64,000 nucleotides of DNA from an uncultured Chloroflexia bacterium (GCA_963768655.1 CAVYIM010000003.1:64001-128000), one strand, 5' to 3'; counted from the stretch's first letter, positions 9,812-19,735 are shown. Notes: a model not told the origin generated them from the sequence alone. Made by a program: numbers and translations.

Positions 9812-11601
9812 GCGAGGCCGACGCCCGGGCGGCGACGACGCGCCTGCCTCAGGCCAGTGCGGCCACGGCGCGAGTGGCCCTCGATGGAGTCACGGTCCGG
9901 TATCCGGGGCGGAGCGACGCGGCGCTGGAGCTGTCACTGACCGTCGAGGCGGGCGAGCTCGTCGGCGTCGCGGGACGGACCGGCGCGGGCAAGTCGACCC
10001 TGGCTCTTACTGCCGGAGGCTTCGTGCCGCGCGTGGTCCGGGCCCGAGTCGGCGGCACCGTCCAGATTGACGGCGTGGACGCGCTCCGCTCGGACGGCTC
10101 GGATCTGGCGGGTCGGGTCGGGATCGTCTTCTCCACTCCGGCCAACCAGCTCTCGGCCTCGAAGCCGACCGTGCGCGAAGAGCTGGCCTTCGGCCTCGAG
10201 AACCTGGGCGTGCCGCGCTCCGAGATGGACGGGCGGATCGACGAGGTCCTGGACCGATTGGCCATAGCCCATCTCGCGGATCGGGACCCCTTCGCCCTCT
10301 CTGGCGGGGAGCAGCAACGTGTGGCCATCGCCAGCATCGTGGTCATGGGCACGTCCGTGCTGATCCTCGACGAACCCGTGGCCCAGCTCGACCCGGCCGG
10401 GAGCCGCGGAGTGGCGTCGCTCCTGCGCCAGCTCTCCGGCGAGGGGCGGGCGATCCTCTGCGCCGAGCACGACTCCGGGCTCCTGGCCAACACCGACCGT
10501 TGCCTGGTGCTCGAGTCCGGGCGGGCCGTCGCCCTGGACCGGCCGGGCGTCGCGCTTGGGTCGGCCGTGCAGAGGCCGCTCGGCCTGGAGCCGCCGACCA
10601 TCGTTGCCATCGCGGAGTGGGCCGGCCTCCCGCCGGATCGGGCCTTCGATGAGGAGGCCCTGATCGACGCGCTGCGCCGACTGCCGCAGCCCCCATCGGC
10701 CGGCGGCCACGACCGGGCCGGGCCGCCTTCTTCGGACTCGGTCCCCGCCCTCGACTGGTCGCCGCTGCGCCGCGAATCGACGCCGGCGATCGCCGCGCGC
10801 GGAGTGGCCCACCGCTACCCGGGCGGGCCGGAGGTTCTGCATTGCGCCGATCTGGTCGTCCAGCCCGGCGAGACCGTCGCCATCGTCGGCCAGAATGGCT
10901 CTGGCAAGACGACGCTCGTCAAGCACCTCGACGGCCTGCTCCGACCAGATTCGGGCTGTGTCGAGATCGGAGGCTCCGACATCCGATCGATTCCCGTCGG
11001 GACGCTGGCTCGAACGGTCGGATTCGTCTTCCAGAACCCGGACGACCAACTGTTCAATCGATCGGTCGAGCGAGAGGTCGCCTTCGGGCCCCACAACCTC
11101 GGGCTCGAAAGCCGGCTGGCTCGCGAGCTGGTCGGGCGGGCGCTCGAACTGGCCGGCCTCGCGTCCGTTCGAACCGTCAACCCGTATGACCTCGGGCTGT
11201 CGGTGCGCAAGCTCGTGGCTCTAGCCAGCGTGCTGGCGATGGAGCCGCCCGCCCTGGTTCTCGACGAGCCGACGACCGGCCAGGACGGGCCGGGCGTCGC
11301 GCGGATCGGCGGCATCGTCGACGCCTACCGGCGCGCGGGCCGTACCGTGATCGCGATCACTCACGACATGGAGTTCGCGGCCGGCCACTTCGAGCGGATC
11401 GTGGCGATGCGCGAGGGAGAGATCGTCGCGGATGCCTCGCCCGCCGAGATCTTCGTTCCGGGCCGCGAGGCCCTGCTCGCGTCCACCGGGCTGGCGGCCC
11501 CGGTCGCCGCCCGCCTCGGCGCGCGTCTCGGCCTGGGCTCGACGCCCACGCCGTCATCCCTCCTGGCCGCGCTTGGGACGCCGGCGCGCAGTCCGGAGTA
11601 A
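9808..11601 (+). CDS. ECF transporter fused double ATPase
   Basis: Two Walker A motifs (GRTGAGKST, GQNGSGKTT), LSGGEQQR, two LDEP motifs. ATGA overlap with the ecfT stop. Confidence 0.93.
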   Translation: MSEADARAATTRLPQASAATARVALDGVTVRYPGRSDAALELSLTVEAGELVGVAGRTGAGKSTLALTAGGFVPRVVRARVGGTVQIDGVDALRSDGSDLAGRVGIVFSTPANQLSASKPTVREELAFGLENLGVPRSEMDGRIDEVLDRLAIAHLADRDPFALSGGEQQRVAIASIVVMGTSVLILDEPVAQLDPAGSRGVASLLRQLSGEGRAILCAEHDSGLLANTDRCLVLESGRAVALDRPGVALGSAVQRPLGLEPPTIVAIAEWAGLPPDRAFDEEALIDALRRLPQPPSAGGHDRAGPPSSDSVPALDWSPLRRESTPAIAARGVAHRYPGGPEVLHCADLVVQPGETVAIVGQNGSGKTTLVKHLDGLLRPDSGCVEIGGSDIRSIPVGTLARTVGFVFQNPDDQLFNRSVEREVAFGPHNLGLESRLARELVGRALELAGLASVRTVNPYDLGLSVRKLVALASVLAMEPPALVLDEPTTGQDGPGVARIGGIVDAYRRAGRTVIAITHDMEFAAGHFERIVAMREGEIVADASPAEIFVPGREALLASTGLAAPVAARLGARLGLGSTPTPSSLLAALGTPARSPE

Positions 11602-11812
11602 GCGCCGGACAAGCCGCAGGTGATCTGCCGGCGAGATCCTGCCGACGTGGACGATCTCCAGGTAGGCCGATGGGTACGATCCGCGACGCCGGGCGAGAGC
11701 GCGCGTCAAGGTCCTGAATGGCGCTCATCGGGTGGGAATCTTGCAGAAATGGCGCAGAAGGGCGGCGCCTCTCTCGCCCGGCGCGACCGCGGAACGGCTA
11801 GCCTACGAGGCG

Positions 11813-13048
11813 ATGCGCGTACTCGTGCTCAATCCGGGGTCAAGCTCGCTCAAGTCGAGCGTCGTCGAGTCCTCGACCATTCCGGCGGAGGCGGCCGCGA
11901 CCACGCCGGAGGCGCCGGAAGCACCGGCCGCCGCCGTGTCCGCGGTCGGGCCTCTCGCGCCCGCCGCCGTGCCCGCGCCGCTGGCCAGCGTTGATGTGGA
12001 CTGGGGCGTGGACGCCACCGCCGGAAGCGACCCGGCCGACGACATCCGCGGCCTGCTCCGCCGCTACGAGGCAGCGGGAGTTCCGGCCGCCTCGTTCGGC
12101 GCGGTCGGCTACCGCGTCGTACACGGCGGCGAGCGGTTCCGAGAACCCGTGCTCGTCAACCCGGCCGTGATCGAGGAAGTGGACGCACTGCGCAGCCTGG
12201 CCCCGCTTCACAACGGCATCGCCGTGGCCACGATGAAGGCCGGCCTGGCGGCGATCCCGCTGCTCCCCCACGTGGCGGTTTTCGACACGGCATTCCACGC
12301 GACGCTGCCGGAGGACGCCTTCCGCTATCCCGTCCCGGAGCGCTGGCATCGGGAGTGGGGCGTTCGGCGCTACGGCTTCCACGGCATGTCGGTCGAGTGG
12401 TCCACCGAGCGGGCGGCGCAACTACTGGCCCGTCCCGCCGCCGATCTCCGCCTCGTGGTGGCGCACCTGGGGAGCGGTTGCTCGGTAACAGCGACCGATG
12501 GCGGCCGTTCGGTGGCCACGTCGATGGGCCTCACGCCGCTGGAGGGGCTGATGATGGGCACTCGCAGCGGCTCGATCGACCCCGGGATCCTGTTCTACCT
12601 GCTCCGTCACGGCTGGCTCACGCCCTCCGAGCTGGACGGGCAGCTCGAACACCAATCCGGGCTGGCCGGCGTTTCCGCGCGAACGTCCGACGTGCGCCAA
12701 TTGCTGGATCTGGAAGCCGAGGGCGACGAACGCGCCGGCCTGGCTCTCCGCATCTTCGTGCGACGGGCGGCCGAATGCATCGCGGCGGCAGCGACCTCAC
12801 TGCCGGCCCTGGACGCGATCGTCTTCACCGGCGGGATCGGCGAAAACGCGGCGGGGATCCGCGCCCGCATCGTCGCCCGTCTGGCCTCCGTCGGCCTGGC
12901 GCCGATCGCGGACACTGCGGCGCCTTCGGACGCCGTCATCAGCTCGCCGGGTGCCACGCCTGCCGTCTTGAGGGTTGAGGCCCGCGAGGATCTGGTCGTG
13001 GCGCGCGCCGCTGCGCGGCTGGTCGAGGCCGGCGGCCTCTCAGAATAG
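11813..13048 (+). CDS. ackA: Acetate/propionate kinase
   Basis: MRVLVLNPGSSSLK, GYRVVHGG, APLHN, FDTAFH, RRYGFHG, HLGSGCS, TPLEGLMMGTRSG, FTGGIGEN. Confidence 0.95.
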   Translation: MRVLVLNPGSSSLKSSVVESSTIPAEAAATTPEAPEAPAAAVSAVGPLAPAAVPAPLASVDVDWGVDATAGSDPADDIRGLLRRYEAAGVPAASFGAVGYRVVHGGERFREPVLVNPAVIEEVDALRSLAPLHNGIAVATMKAGLAAIPLLPHVAVFDTAFHATLPEDAFRYPVPERWHREWGVRRYGFHGMSVEWSTERAAQLLARPAADLRLVVAHLGSGCSVTATDGGRSVATSMGLTPLEGLMMGTRSGSIDPGILFYLLRHGWLTPSELDGQLEHQSGLAGVSARTSDVRQLLDLEAEGDERAGLALRIFVRRAAECIAAAATSLPALDAIVFTGGIGENAAGIRARIVARLASVGLAPIADTAAPSDAVISSPGATPAVLRVEAREDLVVARAAARLVEAGGLSE

Positions 13049-13137
13049 GGCGCCGCGCATCGGCCCACCGGCCTACCGGCCGACCGGTCGGTGTGAGTGC
13101 CTGCTGATCCTCGGCCGCGCTGGACCGTGGCTGCGTC

Positions 13138-13932
13138 CTACAGTTCGCCGGCCAGCTGAGCGAAGGCCCGCACCAGCGCCTGTCTTGCGGCCATCGACGG
13201 GAAGGGCGCCAGCGGCAACGCATCCGTCACCGAGCCGCCGTCGAAGCGGACCCGGCGAGCCAGCTCGGCCAGGGCCGAGAGATCGGCCAGCTGGCCCTCG
13301 ACGAAGGAGCGCCCAACCACGTCCCCATGACCCGGCACGACCGGCCCGTGCGCCACATCGAGCATCCGGCCGACGGTCCCGGGCCAGTCCAGCGGGTAGG
13401 AGTCCTCGAAGGAGGGCGGGCCGCCTTGCTCGATCAGGTCGCCGGCGAAGACCACGTGCACGTCCGGCACGATCGCGACCACGTCGTTGTCGGTATGACC
13501 GCGGCCGAAATGCGTGAGGGTCACGGGTCGACCGCCGAGCTCCAGGTCCACGCTCTCGCGGAACGTCTTGTCGGGCGGCGTGATGCGTGTCTCCACGTAC
13601 TCCGGCGCGACTTCTGGCATTGCGGCTGCGAGCGCGAACTGGGCGGTTCGACTGTCCTCTCGCAGCCGCGTGGCGCATCGCTCGTGGCCCCATATCTCGG
13701 CGGGGACGAAGGCGTAGTTGCCGAAGGCATGGTCGTAGTGGTGATGTGTGTTCACGACCCGCATTCGTGTGGACGTGATCCAGCGGATCTCGTCCATCAG
13801 CTCGCGGCCCTGGCGCTCCGAGGCCCGCGTGTCGATCACCAGCGAGTCGTTGTCGCCGACGACCAGACCGATCGTGACGTTGTAGTCGGAGTAGCGACGG
13901 ACGAAGACCCGGTCGGCGATCTCGCGCCACAT
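13138..13932 (-). CDS. MBL-fold metallo-hydrolase
   Basis: NTHHHYDHAFGN, GHT, FAGDL and VPGHG motifs. Confidence 0.9.
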   Translation of the reverse strand: MWREIADRVFVRRYSDYNVTIGLVVGDNDSLVIDTRASERQGRELMDEIRWITSTRMRVVNTHHHYDHAFGNYAFVPAEIWGHERCATRLREDSRTAQFALAAAMPEVAPEYVETRITPPDKTFRESVDLELGGRPVTLTHFGRGHTDNDVVAIVPDVHVVFAGDLIEQGGPPSFEDSYPLDWPGTVGRMLDVAHGPVVPGHGDVVGRSFVEGQLADLSALAELARRVRFDGGSVTDALPLAPFPSMAARQALVRAFAQLAGEL

Positions 13933-14374
13933 CCGGGTCGCGCGCGTTACCGCCGGCTTGATGTAGTAGCTCATTGGCTCACCGTGGGCCGCTGGTTGGG
14001 CACGCGCCGGGGATCATCGCGTCGACGCCGGCCCGCACAGATCGCTCCCCTGATGTGTTCTGACCAGAAAGGTACCGCCGATGACCGCCGCCGGCCCCGC
14101 AACGATGGTCCCGCCGAACATAGCCCGAGCGAATGGGCATCGAGTGGGACGGCCCTCGAAGCTCAACCGCCGTGCCAGCGACCAACGATACCCCGATCGA
14201 GCGTTGACCGGCGGGCGCGGAGTCCAGGTTGCGCCCGGCCGCCGTCAGGCCAGCTGGAAAGCACGCGGCACTGGGCGAGTGAACCACCAGGGGCGCAGGT
14301 GATCGACGTAAGGGACGCGAGAACGCCGTGCCGCGGTTTTCGAACCTGTCCGACCTGAGCTGGGTCAGCCCGAC

Positions 14375-14614
14375 TCAGCCGTCGCCGAAGGGGGCAATCG
14401 TCGCGGCGGGGCTGTCACCGGCGGGGCCGGGCGTCGGCGTGGGGGTCACGATCGGAAGAGGCGTCGGCGTGGGCGTCGGAAGAACCACGAATGTGGGCGG
14501 CTGCGGAAGCGCCGTCTGCTGGGGCGGCATCGCCACCGCGACCCCTACCAGGACCACGAGGGCGGTGACGACACCGAGAAGGGCTGCGAAGAAGAAATTG
14601 AAGCGTCGTGCCAT
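14375..14614 (-). CDS. Small membrane-anchored Pro/Thr-rich protein (79 aa)
   Basis: MARRFNFFFAALLGVVTALVVLVGVAVA then PTPTPTP repeats. TAACCT -10 lies 7 nt upstream of the ATG. Confidence 0.7.
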   Translation of the reverse strand: MARRFNFFFAALLGVVTALVVLVGVAVAMPPQQTALPQPPTFVVLPTPTPTPLPIVTPTPTPGPAGDSPAATIAPFGDG

Positions 14615-14827
14615 GCCCTGGAGGTTAGCAGGAATCGGTTTCGTTGGCGACCGGCGTGTCGACCGGCGCCGTCCGCATCGGAGCGAAGTCGCACCGCGGC
14701 CACGCTTGCCCACCCACGGAGCCAGGCCACCCCGCCGGCGAAGCCAGGCCGCAGCCATGTTCCCAGGGTCGTATATCAGGGTCTCACCCGAGGCGGATCG
14801 GCGGTTCGCCTGCTAGGATGCCGGCCA

Positions 14828-15799
14828 ATGCATCGACATCGCTCGCTCGGTCGCACGATCCGGGGCGCGATCCACGGATTGGTTACGTGGCCGTTCCACG
14901 CGCTCGCTTCGATCTTTCGCCCGGTCGGGGCAGCGCTCGCAGCGCTCGCCGGGGAGATCGCCGAACACTCCGGTCCGGTCGCCCGGCTGCTCCGCTGGGT
15001 CGCCAGACAGCTGCGGGGGCTGGTGCGCGATCTGGCCGGGATCCTGACCTCACTCCTCGCCGGAATCGGCGTCTTCCTGGTCGTGGCCGGGCTCTTCAGC
15101 TACTTCTCTCCCCCATACCTATCATCGTCGACCGGCCCCAGCCCCTCGCCGAGCAGCGTCGTCGCGTCCCCCACGCCGGTGCCCTACACCCTCCCGCCCC
15201 TGGCAACGGCGCGACCCTCGGCCTCCGGCAACGCGTCACCCGGCCCCTCCGGCACGAGTACGCTGGGCATCGCCACGCGGGTGGTCATACCCGCGCTCAA
15301 CATCGACGACGCCATCGTCGCCTCTCCCCCCAACGAGCAGTTCCCGCTCTGCAACGTGGCCGAGTACCTGAGCCTCGACAAGGTCTACGCGTATCCCGGA
15401 GCCCCGCAGGCCACCTACATCTACGCCCACGCCCGTGTCAACATGTTCTGGAACCTGCTCGTGCAGTCCAAGGTGAACAACGGTGCCGCCATGATCGGCG
15501 ACTGGGTCGAGGTCTACACGGCCGACGATCAGGACCACGTCTACGTGATCAACCAGGTGATCCGCCACGTCCCTCCGACGACGGCATTCGCGGACCAGGC
15601 GCTTGCCGCCACGACGGATCAGCTCTGGCTGCAGACGTCGGAAGGCCATGCCGACTCATCGACGAAGCTGCAGATCGTCGCCCTGCCGATAGGCGTGTTG
15701 GCCGCGTCCTATGCGGATTCCCACCCCAAGGACAACGCGATCGTCTGCCCGGACGCGCCACTGTGCACGGGGCCGAACCAGGGTGGCTGCCGTCGCTAG
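14828..15799 (+). CDS. Sortase-fold membrane protein with a Cys-to-Ser active-site substitution
   Basis: TM and S/T/P linker, then RVVIPALNID, TYIYAHAR (His), YVINQV and QLWLQTSEG at the position of TLxTC. Confidence 0.8.
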   Translation: MHRHRSLGRTIRGAIHGLVTWPFHALASIFRPVGAALAALAGEIAEHSGPVARLLRWVARQLRGLVRDLAGILTSLLAGIGVFLVVAGLFSYFSPPYLSSSTGPSPSPSSVVASPTPVPYTLPPLATARPSASGNASPGPSGTSTLGIATRVVIPALNIDDAIVASPPNEQFPLCNVAEYLSLDKVYAYPGAPQATYIYAHARVNMFWNLLVQSKVNNGAAMIGDWVEVYTADDQDHVYVINQVIRHVPPTTAFADQALAATTDQLWLQTSEGHADSSTKLQIVALPIGVLAASYADSHPKDNAIVCPDAPLCTGPNQGGCRR

Positions 15800-16006
15800 A
15801 CGGGCGTCAGGGTCGCCGGCGCCAGTCGACCGAGTCCTACCGCCGCAGAATCTCGCCGCGAACCGCAGCAACACTCTGCGGGTCTCGAGTGTCACACGGC
15901 GTGCAAGGAATCCCAGGGGGACGACTTCGATATTCGACCAGGCGTCGAGTTCCTGACGCGGGCAAAGGCGGTGCCCGCGACCACCGAAGGAAGAGGGATC
16001 AAGACA

Positions 16007-17386
16007 ATGGCTCCAGAGTTGCCTGCTCCTGAAGAGGCCCCGCGACCCGGCCGGCTCGTGGACAAGGTCGGGGTCCCGGATCGAACTGGATCCCCAGCAA
16101 ACCCTAGATCGTCATTCGGCTTGCGGACCGCGGCCGGCGCCTTGGCGCTGGTATTGGTCGCGGCCGTGATCCTGGCCGGAGCCTGGCTCCAATTCCAGAC
16201 GAAGGTCTGGGGGGCCCCGAGCCCCAGCGCGACCCCGAGCGCCAGCGCGACCCCGACCGTCGGCGCGACCTCGACCGTCGGCGCGACCACGGGCACCACC
16301 AACAGCCCCACGCCTTCGACATCGCCAACGCTTGGACCCAGCGCCGCGGTCCTCACCGGCACCTTCAGCCCGACCGGCTCGATGGCCACGCCGCTGGTTG
16401 CCCAAACCGCGACATTGCTGACCGACGGTCGCGTCCTGATGGCGGGGGGCAGCCCAGACGGTGCGACCCCGCTAGCTTTCGCCGAACTCTATGACCCAGC
16501 GACCGGCTGGTTCAGCCTGACAGGATCGATGGCCCACGCTCGCTACGGCGCTGCCGCCGCGCGGCTCCTCGATGGTCGCGTCCTGATTGCCGGCGGGGTC
16601 GGCAACGACCTCGCGACGTCCGCATCTGCCGAGTTGTATGACCCAGCGACGGGCAAGTTCAGCCTGACCGGCTCGATGCTCTCCGCACGCGAGAATGGCA
16701 CCGCTACCCTGCTCCCCAACGGGCGCGTGCTGATCGCCGGAGGGAACAGCGAGACGGCGCTCCTTACTCCTGAGCTGTACGACCCGGCGACCGGCAAGTT
16801 CAGCCTGACCGGCTCGATGGTCACGCCACGCAATGAAGATACGGAAACGTTGCTCGCGGACGGCCGCGTCCTCTTCGCCGGAGGCCAGGACGAGTCGCTT
16901 GCGACGCTGGCCTCGGCCGAGATCCTCGACCCCAAGACTGGTAGGTTCAGCGCCACCGGCTCGATGACAACGGCACGCGCGGATGCCACCGCAACGCGGC
17001 TGCCCGACGGCCGCGTACTTATCGCCGGAGGCGTGGGCGATTCAGGAGTACTCGCCTCGGCCGAGCTCTACGACCCCAGGACGGGCAAGTTCAGCGTAAC
17101 CGGCTCGTTGATCACGGCACTCGACGATGCCACCGCAACCCCGCTCCAAGACGCCACGGTTCTGATCGCGGGCGGCCAAGACGCGTCGAATACGCCCACG
17201 GCGTCGGCCGAGCTCTACGACCCGGCGACTGGCACCTTCAGCCAGACAGGCTCGATGACCATGCCGCGAGATGGCCCAACCGCGACGTTGCTCGCGGATG
17301 GCCGCGTCCTGATCGCGGGAGGCAGCCCGTATGGTGGGGGCTATCTCGCTTCCGCCGAACTGTACGACCCGGCGACCGGCGCCTGA
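16007..17386 (+). CDS. Membrane-anchored Kelch-repeat protein
   Basis: One TM helix, a Thr/Ser/Pro linker, and seven TGSM..ATLL.DGRVL.AGG..AELYDP repeats. Confidence 0.9.
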   Translation: MAPELPAPEEAPRPGRLVDKVGVPDRTGSPANPRSSFGLRTAAGALALVLVAAVILAGAWLQFQTKVWGAPSPSATPSASATPTVGATSTVGATTGTTNSPTPSTSPTLGPSAAVLTGTFSPTGSMATPLVAQTATLLTDGRVLMAGGSPDGATPLAFAELYDPATGWFSLTGSMAHARYGAAAARLLDGRVLIAGGVGNDLATSASAELYDPATGKFSLTGSMLSARENGTATLLPNGRVLIAGGNSETALLTPELYDPATGKFSLTGSMVTPRNEDTETLLADGRVLFAGGQDESLATLASAEILDPKTGRFSATGSMTTARADATATRLPDGRVLIAGGVGDSGVLASAELYDPRTGKFSVTGSLITALDDATATPLQDATVLIAGGQDASNTPTASAELYDPATGTFSQTGSMTMPRDGPTATLLADGRVLIAGGSPYGGGYLASAELYDPATGA

Positions 17387-17442
17387 GCCCGAGGGGCTCG
17401 ATCACATTTCAAAGGGTGCACGACGCGGCCACCCTCTGCGGC

Positions 17443-19071
17443 TCAGAAGGCGATCGCTTCGTCATGCGCAGCGTCCTGGGCGGGGCCTTCGCCTTCGCCG
17501 GCGGCGCCTCGTCCTCTCCGGCTTCGAAGCGCCAGGGCCGGGACGACTGCCACGAGCGTGACGGCCGCGGCTACTAGGAAGACGCCGACCAGGATCGATG
17601 CCGCCTTGCTGGCGGCCCAGCTTTCGAGCGCCTGCGCCACCAGCCCGTCGTGCAGCGATCGATCGCGGAGGTACGCCGGAATGTACTGCTTGTACGCATC
17701 GCCCGAGCCGTAGATCTGGTTGGAGATGCGCGTGATCGTGGTCGATCCGAACGCCGTGAGCGCGGCCATGCCGACGGCCATGCCGATCATCCGGGCCACG
17801 GTCACCGTCGCGGATGCGGCCCCGAATGCGGCCCGGCCCGCGGCTTCCACCGCCGCCGTCGACCGCGGCGTGACCGTCAGCCCGAACCCTAGGCCGAAGA
17901 CCGCCGCTGATACGGCGAAGGCGTCGGTCGGCGCCGTCGGGCTCCAGGTCGACATCCACGCCAGGCCGCCGGCGCTCAGCGCCAGACCGACCAGTGTCAT
18001 CAGGCGCAGGGACAGCAGACGGGTCAGGAAACCCGAGAGCAGCGCGCCGACTGCCATGGCCCCGGCCAGCGCGCCCAGCACGACTCGCTGCTCCGCCGGA
18101 CCGCCGTAGAGCACGCGGTCGACGAACACGGCCCCGCCCACGATGGCGGTCGCCATGCCGTAGCCGGTCAGCAGCGAGATCAGCGCGGCCGAGCTGAAGA
18201 CCCGGTCGGCGAATAGCCGCGGGTCCAGGAAGGGGTCGGGCCGGCGCAGGCCGTGGACGATGGCGGCGAGGAGTGAGGCGAGGCCGAGCGCAAGAAGTCC
18301 GCCGATTGCCAGCGCGATGGGCACACCGAAGACATCGTCGCCGCTGCCGATGAGGGTGATCCCGAACAACGTTGCGGCCAGGCCAACCGAAAAGAACAGG
18401 GCTCCGAGCAGATCCAGTCGCGCGGGCACGTGGGGGGTGTCCCAGCCGGAGCTGGCCGCCCACGCGATGGCGAGCCCGCAGATGCCGAAGGGGACGTTGA
18501 CGTAGAAAACCCAGCGCCAGGCCGGCGAGACGGTGCCGACCAGAGGGCCGGAGCTGATCCCCAGCTGCGCCAGGGCGGTATCGGGATGCACGGTCTCCAG
18601 AACCGCGGCCCCGACGAAGGGCCCGGCCGCCATCCCCAGGAAGGTCAACGCGCCGATGATGCCCAGGGCTCGGGGCCGGGCCGGCCCCTCGAAGAGATGC
18701 GAGGCGGCGGCAGTGGCGACGGGGATGATCGCGCCGCCGCCCACGGCCTGGACGAGCCGGGCCGCGATCAGCTGATCCAGGTCCTGCGCGATCCCCGCCA
18801 GGAACGAGCCGATGGTGAAGACGGTGAGGGCCGCCAGGAAGAGGCGGCGAGCGCCCCACGTGTCGGTGAGGCGGCCCGCCAGCGGCATCGTGACGATGTA
18901 GACCAGCAGGTAGCCGTTGATGATCCACGACGCCTTGCGCAGGTCCGTCCAGTTGGCCACGGAGGCCAGGATCTGGGGCAGCGCAACGGCCGTGACCATC
19001 AACTCCAGGCCGGCCAGGAACACGCCGAGGCCGAGCACCGCCAGAAGCACGTAGGAGTAGCGCGGCTGCAT
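17443..19071 (-). CDS. 14-TM MFS transporter, P55/Rv1410c-like
   Basis: WIINGYLLVYIVTMPLAGRLTD, RLVQAVGGG, WRWVFYVNVP and TVARMIGMAVGMAALTAFG. Confidence 0.88.
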   Translation of the reverse strand: MQPRYSYVLLAVLGLGVFLAGLELMVTAVALPQILASVANWTDLRKASWIINGYLLVYIVTMPLAGRLTDTWGARRLFLAALTVFTIGSFLAGIAQDLDQLIAARLVQAVGGGAIIPVATAAASHLFEGPARPRALGIIGALTFLGMAAGPFVGAAVLETVHPDTALAQLGISSGPLVGTVSPAWRWVFYVNVPFGICGLAIAWAASSGWDTPHVPARLDLLGALFFSVGLAATLFGITLIGSGDDVFGVPIALAIGGLLALGLASLLAAIVHGLRRPDPFLDPRLFADRVFSSAALISLLTGYGMATAIVGGAVFVDRVLYGGPAEQRVVLGALAGAMAVGALLSGFLTRLLSLRLMTLVGLALSAGGLAWMSTWSPTAPTDAFAVSAAVFGLGFGLTVTPRSTAAVEAAGRAAFGAASATVTVARMIGMAVGMAALTAFGSTTITRISNQIYGSGDAYKQYIPAYLRDRSLHDGLVAQALESWAASKAASILVGVFLVAAAVTLVAVVPALALRSRRGRGAAGEGEGPAQDAAHDEAIAF

Positions 19072-19196
19072 AGCGGGAGTTTAGGGGAGGCCGCGGCTGA
19101 CCACGGGCTTCCCCGCCCTCTGGCCCCCGGGGTGCGCCGGGGTGCGCCGGCCGCCGCGCCATGACGGTCTCCGCAAACACGGCACAGCATCCGGGC

Positions 19197-19248
19197 TTGA
19201 CACCCGCCACCCCCGCAACCTAGCATCAACCGGCCTTTATATAAGGGC
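19197..19248 (+). promoter_or_regulatory. Sigma70 promoter and ArsR-type operator of the arsR-pgsA operon
   Basis: TTGACA-18 nt-TAGCAT. ATCAA-N6-TTTAT at 19225-19240 (one mismatch to ATCAA-N6-TTGAT). Imperfect palindrome GCCTTTATATAAGGGC at 19233-19248. Confidence 0.6.
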
Positions 19249-19345
19249 TCACTTCCGGGGCGCTGGCCGCCTCGAGAGAGGTACGCGGAGACCCGCCGAA
19301 CGGCAACCCGGACGGGCCCGCACGATAGACAAGAGGCCGCGCACC

Positions 19346-19732
19346 TTGCCCTCCCCAGCGCACATCAGGACCACCGTCGCAACGATCATCGACCAGCCGG
19401 ACGACTTGCGGGAGTTGCGCGTCTTCCACAAGGCGCTCGCCGACGTGAACCGCCTGCGCATCGTCCGAAAGCTCGCCGGGGGGCCGGCAACCGTGGGCGA
19501 GCTGATCGACACCGTCGGTCTGAGCCAGCCCCTGGTGAGCTGGCACATCTCGCGCCTCAAGGCGGCCGGCGTCGTGGAAACCAGGCGAACAGGCCGCGAG
19601 GTCTTCTGCCAGCTCCGACCCAACGTCTTCGACGAAGTGGCCGAACGGCAGCGCACACTGCTCGGCGTGCCGGTCCAGCCCGCACAACCCGCTCAACCGG
19701 CCGAGCCCCCCACGCGGGTGGAGGCGCACTGA
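19346..19732 (+). CDS. ArsR/SmtB family transcriptional regulator
   Basis: FHKALADVNRLRIV..TVGEL..LSQPLVSWHISRLKAAGVV..RRTGREV. TTG start inferred from the upstream AAGAGG. Confidence 0.9.
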   Translation: MPSPAHIRTTVATIIDQPDDLRELRVFHKALADVNRLRIVRKLAGGPATVGELIDTVGLSQPLVSWHISRLKAAGVVETRRTGREVFCQLRPNVFDEVAERQRTLLGVPVQPAQPAQPAEPPTRVEAH

Positions 19733-19735
19733 GCC

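Noticed and set aside
13975-14370. Short ORFs between the MBL hydrolase and the small PT-rich protein
   Set aside because: No recognisable motif, SD or coding-like composition.
15830-15960. Possible ECF sigma region-4 remnant (TAATL..GIPGGRLRYSTR) before the Kelch gene
   Set aside because: Similarity is too weak to support without a profile search.
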